Assembly: GCA_963708515.1 (NCBI GenBank)
Contig: CAVPSX010000012.1
Location: 409,185 to 473,184, forward strand
DNA length: 64,000 nucleotides
Direction: 5' to 3'
Source of the DNA: an uncultured delta proteobacterium
GTDB taxonomy: Bacteria > Desulfobacterota > Syntrophia > Syntrophales > Fen-1087
Shown: in pieces, positions 28,496 through 37,104 of the stretch
How positions within the stretch are numbered: the stretch's first letter is position 1
Layout: each line of letters starts with the position of its first letter
Notes under the pieces: model-generated
What the model was told of the DNA's origin: nothing
The model's input: only the letters and a program-made list of their open reading frames with translations
Database searches by the model: none
Made by a program: the position numbers and the translations under genes

Positions 28496-28685
28496 GAGGG
28501 CTTTGCCTGACCGCTGAAAAATGGTTCGCAAGCAACGAATGAAAGATTTTTCGTTGATGGGGACACGACTCCGTCAAGCCCCCTCCCCATGACTCATTTA
28601 TTGATTTCAAGCATGTTTATGCCTTAACATATTTCAAGCGAAATAGATTGTGAGCCGCGGGCGTTGTCCATTTTTCCAAGGTCTC
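28496..28685 (+). repeat. family-1 palindromic intergenic element, copy A
   Basis: Shares the left arm CTGAAAAATGGTTCGCAAG..GAATGAAAGATTTTTCG, the centre TTTATTGATTTCAA and the right arm GCGAAA.AGATTGTGAGCCGCGGGCG..CCATTTTTCCAAGGTCTC with copies B-D. It has an extra internal GC hairpin (ATGGGGA...CTCCCCAT). Confidence 0.85.
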
Positions 28686-28694
28686 CATCTGTCT

Positions 28695-30248
28695 TTATTC
28701 ATGGGCTACATCCAGACGGATATAGAAAATGCTCCCCTGGCCGGGGATGGATTTCACGCGCAGCCGCCCCCCGTGGCTCTTGACAATGCGCTGGCAGATG
28801 GGCAGTCCCAGACCCACGCCTCTTTCTTTCGTGGTAAAAAAAGGTTTAAAAATATTCTTAATGTCTTCCCGCTTGATGCCCTTTCCCGTATCCCGGATGG
28901 AGAGGCCCACCGCGGCACCGGCGTCTCCGGCAATCCGCGATGTCCGAAATGTCAGGGTCCCGCCTTCGGGCATGCCTTCCATCGCATTATAGGCGAGGTT
29001 TAGGATAACCTGCACCATCTGTTCCGCGTCTATATTGACCGGGGGCAGATCCGGATGGAGATCCTGTTCAATGGCCATGTTTTCAGGGAGACTGCTGGCC
29101 CGGATGATCGATATCGTTTTTTCAACCAGAGGGTTGAGCCATTGAGTTTTTCGATTCAGCTGATAGGGCTTCGCATAGTTCAGAAATTGTGAAACCACGC
29201 TGTTCAGGCGATCGACCTCCTCGATGATGACATCAAGAAGTCTCTGGTGTTCCTCATCTTTTTCTTCGGAGCGCAGAACCTGCGCCGCGCCTTTCATGGA
29301 ACCCAGGGGGTTGCGGATTTCATGAGCCAGGACAGGCGCCATCTCCTCCAGCAGCCGGCTTTTTTCCCGCTCCAACCTCTCATCCAGCGCGTACAGGGAC
29401 GTAAAGACATCGGGGCTGTCCGGGTAGATCATGGTCAGGATTTTTTTCAGAATCTGCCGGAAGGGCTCGATGGAAATGACGATGATAAAGGAAGCCACCA
29501 GAATATGACTGAAGGGCGCCGCGGCCTTTCCAAACAGCCCCGTGAAGATCGTGAAGATGATCGCCGCAAAGCAGGTCATGATGAAAACAACCATGGCGCG
29601 GGCCATGATGTCGTGGAGCGCCGTCAATTGCGGGGTGGTGATAGTCATGAGGATCAGGTAAATCAGGGCTGCCAGGATAATGTCTGCGTGCAGGGAAAAT
29701 CCATAAGCCACCCCGGCCAGACGCTCCAGCCCCATGAGCAAAGCCGTGATGGCGAAGGCAATGGCCAGGTAGCGCATCCGTTTTTTTTCGGCGCCTGCGG
29801 CCTTCGCCTTCAGGTAGACGATCAAGGCCAGATAGCAGATCACGAACAGGATCGCGACATAGGCCCTCAAGAGCAGGGGAAGATTGGGCTGGACGCCGCC
29901 AAGGGGGAATCCCGTATGGAAGACGACATAAGAAACGACGGCCATGGCAATACTGATAACAGATGCAAGCGCGATATGGCGTTCGGATAAAAAAGTCTGC
30001 TGATTGAGCAGGGTACGCGTAAAGGCGATGGCAAGCGGCGGGAGGGCCAGCAGGCCCAAGGTTTCCGCCATTTTCAGAAAATCATGCAGGAGAAGACCGC
30101 CAAAGAAATTCGCCCCTTTACAGACAAACAGCGCCAGACAGAGCCAGGCAAAACTCAGATGCGCCGGCGTCTTGTTTTTGCTGATCATTAATGAAACGGC
30201 GATGGTCAGACTGACCGCCGCCAGGGTCAATGATTCCATGATTTGCAT
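28695..30248 (-). CDS. sensor histidine kinase with multi-TM N-terminal domain
   Basis: About 7 hydrophobic segments, then the H-box LAHEIRNPLGS and N/G1/G2 boxes (NLAYNAMEG, DTGKGI, GVGLGL). Confidence 0.85.
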   Translation of the reverse strand: MQIMESLTLAAVSLTIAVSLMISKNKTPAHLSFAWLCLALFVCKGANFFGGLLLHDFLKMAETLGLLALPPLAIAFTRTLLNQQTFLSERHIALASVISIAMAVVSYVVFHTGFPLGGVQPNLPLLLRAYVAILFVICYLALIVYLKAKAAGAEKKRMRYLAIAFAITALLMGLERLAGVAYGFSLHADIILAALIYLILMTITTPQLTALHDIMARAMVVFIMTCFAAIIFTIFTGLFGKAAAPFSHILVASFIIVISIEPFRQILKKILTMIYPDSPDVFTSLYALDERLEREKSRLLEEMAPVLAHEIRNPLGSMKGAAQVLRSEEKDEEHQRLLDVIIEEVDRLNSVVSQFLNYAKPYQLNRKTQWLNPLVEKTISIIRASSLPENMAIEQDLHPDLPPVNIDAEQMVQVILNLAYNAMEGMPEGGTLTFRTSRIAGDAGAAVGLSIRDTGKGIKREDIKNIFKPFFTTKERGVGLGLPICQRIVKSHGGRLRVKSIPGQGSIFYIRLDVAHE

Positions 30249-30253
30249 GAATT

Positions 30254-30282
30254 AAAAAGCCCGGGCCGGGCCCGGGCTTTTT
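30254..30282. terminator. bidirectional rho-independent terminator
   Basis: AAAAA-GCCCGGGC-CGG-GCCCGGGC-TTTTT. Confidence 0.75.
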
Positions 30283-30300
30283 GTCGAAAGGTTGAATGAT

Positions 30301-31812
30301 TTACTTTGCGGACTGATAACCCTGATCCCAATCGAAGCCCCACAGCTCGCCACCCATGGGCAGCTTGTATTTCCTGCGCTCGTCGTAGGAGGGGTATCTC
30401 CTCGGGCCCGTCGGCCCCATGGAGACGGGGAATTTGGGCGCCAGCAGACCGTTTTCGCGCGCCTCTTTCTCGAGCCACTCCCGGTCATCGGGATGGGCGA
30501 TGGAAATCAGCGCCGAGGCCCTTTCGTAACCGGAAAGTCCTCTCAGGTTGACGATACCGAACTCGGTGCAGACATAATTGGCCAGCTGGGCCGGCACGTC
30601 CACGCTTGATCCTTCAGGCAGGAACGGAACGATTCTCGATGTGCCGTGTTTGCTGCGAGCAGTCATGGAGGCCACGCCGCGGCCGCCCTTGGACTGGGCG
30701 CAGAAGGTCACGAACTGGAAATAACCGCCGGTGCTGGAAATCGGGCGCTTCTCATAGAAACCGGAGCACTGCTGGCCCAGAAGGTCCACAGCCACGCAGT
30801 TGTCGATGGCGATCATGTTGTCGATTCTTCTCAGGATATCGAAGTTGTTCGTATAGCTGATATCGTAAACGGCCATGGACTGGTTGCGATGAATCGTGTT
30901 GTAGTACCATTCCACATCGACGGGGAAGGCAAACGTATAAACGCTCTTGCCCTGGTCGAGGCTCTTGAACTTGTTGGTCACCTGGCCGGATTCGATCAGC
31001 TTGATCAGACCGGCATTGAGCATTTCCGTATGGATACCGAGGTCCTTGAACCCCGCATCCGCCATGGCGGCCACACAGGCCGACGGCAGCGACCCGATGC
31101 CGAGCTGGATGATGTCCCGGTCCCTCATGATCGTCATGACGTGCTTGGCGATCTCCTGTTCGACGGGCTTGGCCTGAATGGCCTTCTCGTTGATCTGGGG
31201 CCACTTGTACTTCTCGCAGTCTACCTCAACCCAGTAGTCGATGTCGTCGATGTGGAAGGTGTTGAAACGGCCGCCTTCCGCCCAGGGATAATCCGACCGG
31301 GCTTCGAAGACGATCTTCTTGGCCGTCTGGCTAAAAAGTTTGCAGTTGTTCGTCCCGTAGGACGTATTGAAGAAACCGTGCTCATCGGGCGGCGTGACGG
31401 CGTTGAACCACCAGTCCAGGCCGCGCTTCTCCCTCACAGCGTTGACGAAGCGATAGTGGTGGGCATTGATGCCGTAGGCCCATCCCCACTGCGCCCAGTC
31501 CGAGACATTATTGGTGTCTCTGGCCTTGCGTTGCCAGGGGAAGAAGAAAAACTCATGAACGCAGTGATATTCCTGCAGGGGGTCGATCTGTTGCAGTTCC
31601 GGATGGGGATAAAACATCGCATACATCCAGAATTCAATGTCCTTGAGCTGGCCCGGACCGGGGCCCAATCTCTTTGCGACGGCCTCGGTGCAAACGGTCG
31701 AGTCGCCGCCGACGCTGCCGTGGTTGATCCAGTCGCCCGATTTTACCATATCGGCGATCTGCTCAGCGGTTCTCTTTTTGTCTCTAATTTTTTGCTGAAT
31801 GGGTGTTGTCAT
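30301..31812 (-). CDS. acetyl-CoA hydrolase/transferase family protein (4-hydroxybutyrate/succinyl-CoA:acetate CoA-transferase-like)
   Basis: 503 aa. N-terminal AEQIADMVKSGDWINHG and overall length fit the family. Confidence 0.8.
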   Translation of the reverse strand: MTTPIQQKIRDKKRTAEQIADMVKSGDWINHGSVGGDSTVCTEAVAKRLGPGPGQLKDIEFWMYAMFYPHPELQQIDPLQEYHCVHEFFFFPWQRKARDTNNVSDWAQWGWAYGINAHHYRFVNAVREKRGLDWWFNAVTPPDEHGFFNTSYGTNNCKLFSQTAKKIVFEARSDYPWAEGGRFNTFHIDDIDYWVEVDCEKYKWPQINEKAIQAKPVEQEIAKHVMTIMRDRDIIQLGIGSLPSACVAAMADAGFKDLGIHTEMLNAGLIKLIESGQVTNKFKSLDQGKSVYTFAFPVDVEWYYNTIHRNQSMAVYDISYTNNFDILRRIDNMIAIDNCVAVDLLGQQCSGFYEKRPISSTGGYFQFVTFCAQSKGGRGVASMTARSKHGTSRIVPFLPEGSSVDVPAQLANYVCTEFGIVNLRGLSGYERASALISIAHPDDREWLEKEARENGLLAPKFPVSMGPTGPRRYPSYDERRKYKLPMGGELWGFDWDQGYQSAK

Positions 31813-31980
31813 TCTTAGCCCTCCTAAAAGATTAAAAATGCTTGAAGCGTTTGAAGATGTTCAAGAAGCCCGGCTTTGGGGAACCCAAACCGGGATAAAA
31901 CAACCTAACAACTGACTGCGCGTTTTACCCCCCTTTCCTCTATTTATTTGAATTTGCTTTATTTTTACGATCAAGCCACC

Positions 31981-32029
31981 CTTGACAACGTAGCAGGTTT
32001 TTCTAATATGTCTGAACCTCGTTGTCAAG
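31981..32029. promoter_or_regulatory. 10-bp inverted repeat carrying face-to-face sigma-70-like promoters
   Basis: CTTGACAACG (31981-31990) and CGTTGTCAAG (32020-32029). The + strand reads TTGACA-N16-TAATAT and the - strand reads TTGACA-N17-TAGAAA, with overlapping -10 boxes. Confidence 0.5.
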
Positions 32030-32098
32030 AAAAATATGACAATCCGGCTCCCTTCCCAACGCTGTCCCGGTGATGATCTGAAGCAATTGTGAAATCAG

Positions 32099-32494
32099 CT
32101 ACCTGCCCAAACATTCAGAGGCGCCTCTGCCGCGTCCATCCGTATCTTCCCGCGTAACGACACCCCCCTCAAAGGTCAAAACATAAATAAAATCATCCTT
32201 GCCGCAATTGTAGGTCCATTTTTCGACACCCCTTGCGACCGATTGTTTTTTGTCAGAGGCGTACCGGCTATCTGGTGCCGTTCGTTTATCACCTTTGGCG
32301 TGCGTGCTCTTTTTAACGCTTCCTTTTTCCTGAAATGTCGGCTTTCCGCATTTGATGAGCACCTTGGACTTGCTGTCGCCGACCCCTACCATTTCATCGC
32401 CGCACCGGAAAGCCTGCGCCCCGGAGGCAAAAAGAAGACAAAAGACGGAGGCGGTAACCAGGACGATGCAATTCGTTTTCACCCGCTTTTTCAT
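32099..32494 (-). CDS. secreted DUF2845-like small protein
   Basis: Internal ATG at 32494 with a GGGAAGGAG RBS 6 nt upstream, the signal peptide MKKRVKTNCIVLVTASVFCLLFASGAQA and a CG..G.....V...CG pattern. Confidence 0.6.
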   Translation of the reverse strand: MKKRVKTNCIVLVTASVFCLLFASGAQAFRCGDEMVGVGDSKSKVLIKCGKPTFQEKGSVKKSTHAKGDKRTAPDSRYASDKKQSVARGVEKWTYNCGKDDFIYVLTFEGGVVTREDTDGRGRGASECLGR

Positions 32495-32860
32495 AGGAGA
32501 CTCCTTCCCGATTCTTATTTCATGAGCCGTCGAATTCCGGTAGGATTTGAATTGTGAACATATTTCAGAAGACCCCGGCTGATAATTGCGGCAAATCTGC
32601 GGTCTTGTCTCATAGATTGTGCAGCGGCAATGATCTCCTTCCCATTCAAGAAACGGGCAGCCGTGCAGGTAATGTCCATCCTCTGTCGAAACAAGGTGAT
32701 CCCCCATCCAGACGGCGTGTTCCCGCTCAATCATGGCCAGGATATCCTGTCGTCCTTCGTCACGCCAGCGCTGCTGATCCTCCGACGCGGCATAGGCGAT
32801 AAAATCGGCCAGGCAGCATTTGCCGCAGCGCCGACAGGTATATTCAGTTTCGTTCTCCAT
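32495..32860 (-). CDS. YkgJ-family Cys-cluster protein (CxxCxxCC), no stop codon before the next gene
   Basis: CRRCGKCC...GCPFL...CTIYETRPQICRNY motifs. The frame runs directly into the downstream gene. Confidence 0.6.
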
Positions 32861-32918
32861 TGCGTCCCGACGTGATGACTTCGAAAAAAACAGGAACATA
32901 ATGTACGAGCAGCACGCA

Positions 32919-33887
32919 TCATCCGGCGGCTGTCGCGTCTCGTCCTTTGATCAGAATCAGATGTTCGTATTGATAGAGATCCTCGATAAAATGGCGGATG
33001 ATCTCATGTTCGTCAGAGTGGCTTGACTTTGCCGCCATGATATACTTGAGTTTATCCGTAAAATCAAATGCAAGAAAATCGGCAAATGGACCACGGATAG
33101 TCCGGTATTGAAAAGACCGGGCGATCTTTTCGAGGTCGGTAAAGCGGACGGTGTATTCATCATGGCCTCTGAGCCGGATACGTTGAGGCTTTCCCCTCGG
33201 CCTCAGTCGCACAAGCTTCCGCCAGGCTTCCGGCGCAACGGCTTCGCAACTGTGTTCGCCCATAAAAATAAAGGGAACGCCGGCGAGGCAGAGCTTCTCC
33301 AGAACGCAAAGAGCGCCGATATTGACATTCACCGGCCCTTCTTCGGGCGCCCTGATGGCATATCGCTGAAAGAGGCTTCGGGCCTGCTCTAAAAGCGGAT
33401 CCGTAACTTGCCGCGATGACGCAAAGACATCCGGCGGGACGCCTACCAGTGTGGGCAGGTCGCCCATATTCTCATTGAGAACGGCCAGGTCGAAGGATTG
33501 CAGTTCGCGGATATGCACGTCCATGATATCGGCCTGGATAAAACGGGCGTTCAGTAGACTCAGGGTTTGGCGTTGTCGCTGCAGCAGATAAGGCGAAATA
33601 TCAAGCATGGTGGCCTGCATGGAATTGTTTCTACTGAGAAAATCCCGCATCAGATAACCGTATCCCCCGCCGATTTCGATGATCTTTCGCAGCGAATGCA
33701 TGGGAATGAAGCGGTCGAGATAATCATAAAGCAAGCGGCCGTAGGAGCCATTGCGTTTGAGAACGCGGCGGCAGGGACTGTCCTCGGGATCGAGCGCGTT
33801 GGATACGGTCAGTTCCCACCCCAGCGTATCGAGTTTGTGGATGTGATAATCCGTCGTGTCGTTGACTTCGTAATTCATCACCATCAC
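32919..33887 (-). CDS. putative class I SAM-dependent methyltransferase
   Basis: Motif I-like KIIEIGGGYGYLMRDFL and a following acidic MLDISP. The rest is unassigned. Confidence 0.6.
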   Translation of the reverse strand: MMVMNYEVNDTTDYHIHKLDTLGWELTVSNALDPEDSPCRRVLKRNGSYGRLLYDYLDRFIPMHSLRKIIEIGGGYGYLMRDFLSRNNSMQATMLDISPYLLQRQRQTLSLLNARFIQADIMDVHIRELQSFDLAVLNENMGDLPTLVGVPPDVFASSRQVTDPLLEQARSLFQRYAIRAPEEGPVNVNIGALCVLEKLCLAGVPFIFMGEHSCEAVAPEAWRKLVRLRPRGKPQRIRLRGHDEYTVRFTDLEKIARSFQYRTIRGPFADFLAFDFTDKLKYIMAAKSSHSDEHEIIRHFIEDLYQYEHLILIKGRDATAAG

Positions 33888-33912
33888 AATCGATGCTCAG
33901 CCGGATTATTCA

Positions 33913-34066
33913 AGATCTTGGAAAAATGGTTCGCAAGCGGTGAATGAAAGATTTTTCGCAGTTCCATTAATTTGACTAATTTATTGATTTCGGACATTTT
34001 TTAAGCAACATCTTATTTCATGCGAAAAAGATTTTGAACCGCGGCGAAGCCATTTTTCAAAGATCT
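33913..34066 (+). repeat. family-1 palindromic intergenic element, copy B (best-preserved)
   Basis: Terminal inverted repeat AGATCTTGGAAAAATGG / CCATTTTTCAAAGATCT. The arms GGTTCGCAAGCGGTGAATGAAAGATTTTTCGC and GCGAAAAAGATTTTGAACCGCGGCGAAGCC are imperfectly complementary. Confidence 0.9.
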
Positions 34067-34069
34067 CTT

Positions 34070-35236
34070 TCACACGGCTCTCAATGCATCCACGATCTTC
34101 ATGCGGGATGCCCGCAGAGCCGGCAGCGCTCCTCCCAAAAGCCCCATGATCAGTGAAAACCCCAAGGCCTGCCAGACAATATCAAACGTCAGCGTAAAAC
34201 TAAATGCCAGCTCGGAAAAGGTCTGGAAGTTCATGGTGGAAACCGTAAAGAGCTGCATAAAGGTAGCGAAAAACAGGCCCGCGCAACCGCCGAAAAAGCC
34301 CAGCAGCAGGGACTCCATGAGGAAGGCCAGCAGGATGCTGCGCCGCTGAAATCCCAGCGCCCGCAGCGTCCCGATCTCGCCCGTGCGGTTGGATACGGCA
34401 GCATACATGGTGATCATGGCACCGATGATGGCCCCCAGAGAAAAAATCACGGTCAGTGAAAGACCCATGATGCGCAGAAAGGTCGCCATCATTTCCGACT
34501 GGTCCCGGTAATAGCGGGTCTCACGCTTGGCTTCCACCGTGAGTCGCGGATCCGTTTCGAGGCGGGATTTGACCGCAGGAAACTTTTGCGTATTACTTAA
34601 GCGAAAAATCACGGACGAATAGACCGGCCGCCTGAACGCCTGCATCATCTGGTCAACGTCTCCCCATATCTCCGAATTGAAACCGGTATTGCCGGCATCA
34701 AATATGCCGACAATGCGCCACTCCCGCATCCCGAAACGCAGCGTCTCTCCAAGACCGCCCCCCTTAAACCGTTGCGCGATACTGAGCCCTGCCATGATTT
34801 CCGCCGATCCCATCCGGGGAAAGCGACCCTCGATGAGCCGGATCTGCGGACGCAGGGAAACAGACGCCGGGGCCATCCCGCGGATCACGACATTGGCCGG
34901 CTTGTCCCGGTCGCGTTTCGGCAGGCTGATCAGAACGACGACTTCCTTGGCGACGAGTTTGTCGCCTGACGAACCGGCGGCAATTTCCCGCTCCGTTTCA
35001 ATGATCGACGCCTGCTGCCTGTCCAGACCGCTCTGAACTTCCGACACCGACCCTTTGCGGATGACCACGACATTGTCCGGCGATCCCGTTTCGACCAGAG
35101 TCTGCCGGAGTCCCGCGGCCAGCATCAGGATGGCGGCAAAGACAAAGACGACCAGCGCCATGCCACCGGCCGTCAGAATCGTGGTCAGCCGCCGGGCCCA
35201 GAGGTTTCTGAAACTGTATGCAAAGGGAATGGCCAT
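34070..35236 (-). CDS. ABC transporter permease (FtsX/MacB-type)
   Basis: N-terminal TM segment, large periplasmic domain and a C-terminal 3-TM FtsX domain ending ...RASRMKIVDALRAV. Confidence 0.85.
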   Translation of the reverse strand: MAIPFAYSFRNLWARRLTTILTAGGMALVVFVFAAILMLAAGLRQTLVETGSPDNVVVIRKGSVSEVQSGLDRQQASIIETEREIAAGSSGDKLVAKEVVVLISLPKRDRDKPANVVIRGMAPASVSLRPQIRLIEGRFPRMGSAEIMAGLSIAQRFKGGGLGETLRFGMREWRIVGIFDAGNTGFNSEIWGDVDQMMQAFRRPVYSSVIFRLSNTQKFPAVKSRLETDPRLTVEAKRETRYYRDQSEMMATFLRIMGLSLTVIFSLGAIIGAMITMYAAVSNRTGEIGTLRALGFQRRSILLAFLMESLLLGFFGGCAGLFFATFMQLFTVSTMNFQTFSELAFSFTLTFDIVWQALGFSLIMGLLGGALPALRASRMKIVDALRAV

Positions 35237-36394
35237 TCAGCCGATCCTCCTCAAACCATCGGCAATCCGGATGCGGACGGCGCGCCGCGTAGGAACCAGG
35301 GCGGCAATAGCCCCGACCAGCAGCGCCACCGCGACATCAAGATAAACCGTTTTCATTTCCACATTGAAGATCGGGAAAAAATTACTCAGCTCGCGGCCGA
35401 AAAGCGCCGCCGCCGGATAGGTCAGAATGATTCCCAGAATCCCGCCGGCCAGTGTGATGACGAGCGACTCCCCGAGAATCAGGGCCAGGATATGCCAGCC
35501 GCCGAAACCCATGGTTTTCAGGATGGCATACTCTCCGATCCGCTCCCGGGTGGTCATGGCCATGGTATTGGCGACAACGGCCATAATGATGATAATGACC
35601 ACAAAGGACACGAGCTGGATGGCCATGACAATCGCCTCCGTCATGGAGATAAAGCTCATCTGGAAGGCCTTTTCTGTTTCCGTCAGCGTTTCCGCCAGAG
35701 AGTTTTTAAAGGCCGCGTCGACGGCCATGGATACTTGCGCCGCAAGATCCGGCCGTGTGACGTCGATCATATAGAAACCCACCTGGTTGGCCCAGGAGGC
35801 CATTTTGTCTTTGATTTTTTCATTGAGATAATCCCAGTGGAAAAGAAACTGGCTTTCGTCAACCGTCTTGTCCCGGCCCCGGTAAACGCCGCGCAGAACA
35901 AAATCCCAGTCCCCGGGAAAAATGAGCCCCTTGAGCGTCACGGTATCGCCTATCTTCCATTTGAATCTCTCAACGAGTTTCCGGCCGGCCACAAAACCCT
36001 TGCGATCTTTGAGAAAGGCCTTGAGTTCATCGTCGCGGACGATAAATTCGGGATAGACCTGCATGAAACTCTGCGCATCCACGGCCAGATTGGGAAAGAA
36101 GTTCTTCTCATCCTTGTAAACGCCGCCGAACCAGGTCCCGTAAGAAACCGTCCTGACCCCCTCGACCTGACGGATCTTGTCCTTATATGAAATCGGCAGC
36201 GGAAAGATGAGCGAGATGGCATTGCGGGTGACCAGGCGGGAGGCGGAGGATGCTTCGACGCCGGCGTACCAGGCCGAGACAATCGTGCGCAGCAGTCCAA
36301 AGGCCAGGATGGCAATGGTGATTCCGAGAATCGTCAGCGCTGCCCGCAGTTTATGGCGGAAAGCATTCCTAAAGAGAAGTTTGAGAATGAGCAT
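35237..36394 (-). CDS. ABC transporter permease (FtsX/MacB-type)
   Basis: Same architecture as the neighbour, with the C-terminus ...PTRRAVRIRIADGLRRIG. Confidence 0.85.
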   Translation of the reverse strand: MLILKLLFRNAFRHKLRAALTILGITIAILAFGLLRTIVSAWYAGVEASSASRLVTRNAISLIFPLPISYKDKIRQVEGVRTVSYGTWFGGVYKDEKNFFPNLAVDAQSFMQVYPEFIVRDDELKAFLKDRKGFVAGRKLVERFKWKIGDTVTLKGLIFPGDWDFVLRGVYRGRDKTVDESQFLFHWDYLNEKIKDKMASWANQVGFYMIDVTRPDLAAQVSMAVDAAFKNSLAETLTETEKAFQMSFISMTEAIVMAIQLVSFVVIIIIMAVVANTMAMTTRERIGEYAILKTMGFGGWHILALILGESLVITLAGGILGIILTYPAAALFGRELSNFFPIFNVEMKTVYLDVAVALLVGAIAALVPTRRAVRIRIADGLRRIG

Positions 36395-37073
36395 GATTCA
36401 GGAACCCCTTCTCCAGATATCTGATGCGTTGCGCCTTTTGAGCGGCGCGCGGATCATGGGTCACCATGATGATCGTCATGCCGGATTCCCGGTTCAGGCG
36501 GTTCATCAGCTCCAGCACCTCTTCGGCGGATGTCCGGTCCAGATCGCCCGTCGGTTCATCAGCCACGAGAATGGTCGGATCCGTGACCACCGCCCGGGCG
36601 ATGGCGACGCGCTGCTGCTCGCCGCCGGAAAGCTGGCCGGGATAATGGTCCATGCGGTCGGCCAGATTGACCAGGCGCAGCGCCATTTCCACATGCTCCC
36701 GCCGCTCCCCGGCGCCCATGCGCGTCAGATTCAGCGGCAGCTCCACGTTTTCAAAAGCCGTCAGAACGGGGATCAGATTGTAAAACTGAAAAATGAAACC
36801 CACATGCGTCGCCCGCCAGTGTGCCAGCTCCGTTTCAGACAACTCCGTGACTTCTATGCCGCCCACGCGGATGGAACCCGTGTCCACTTTGTCAATTCCC
36901 GCAATCAGGTTCAGCAGGGTGCTCTTTCCCGACCCAGACGGGCCCATCAGCGCCACAAATTCGCCGCGCTGAATGTCAAACGTGATATTTTCGAGGACGG
37001 GAACGACATGATCTCCACGACGGTAAGACTTTTTCAGTTCTCTGATTTCGACAATCGGTTGTTCGCTATCCAT
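36369..37073 (-). CDS. ABC transporter ATP-binding protein (MacB/LolD type)
   Basis: Walker [10 protein letters not shown], signature [14 protein letters not shown] and Walker [13 protein letters not shown]. Start moved to the ATG at 37073, downstream of the adaptor gene stop. Confidence 0.9.
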   Translation of the reverse strand: MDSEQPIVEIRELKKSYRRGDHVVPVLENITFDIQRGEFVALMGPSGSGKSTLLNLIAGIDKVDTGSIRVGGIEVTELSETELAHWRATHVGFIFQFYNLIPVLTAFENVELPLNLTRMGAGERREHVEMALRLVNLADRMDHYPGQLSGGEQQRVAIARAVVTDPTILVADEPTGDLDRTSAEEVLELMNRLNRESGMTIIMVTHDPRAAQKAQRIRYLEKGFLNHAHSQTSL

Positions 37074-37104
37074 CCGGGGCCCTTTAAAAACGACTCCTTC
37101 ACCC

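Noticed and set aside
28384-28610. Two 60-68-aa minus-strand ORFs between the kinase and regulator genes
   Set aside because: They lie inside family-1 repeat copy A. They have no RBS, and the equivalent positions in other copies are not open.
30646-31818. 390-aa + strand ORF
   Set aside because: It is antisense to the acetyl-CoA hydrolase/transferase gene. It is a shadow ORF.
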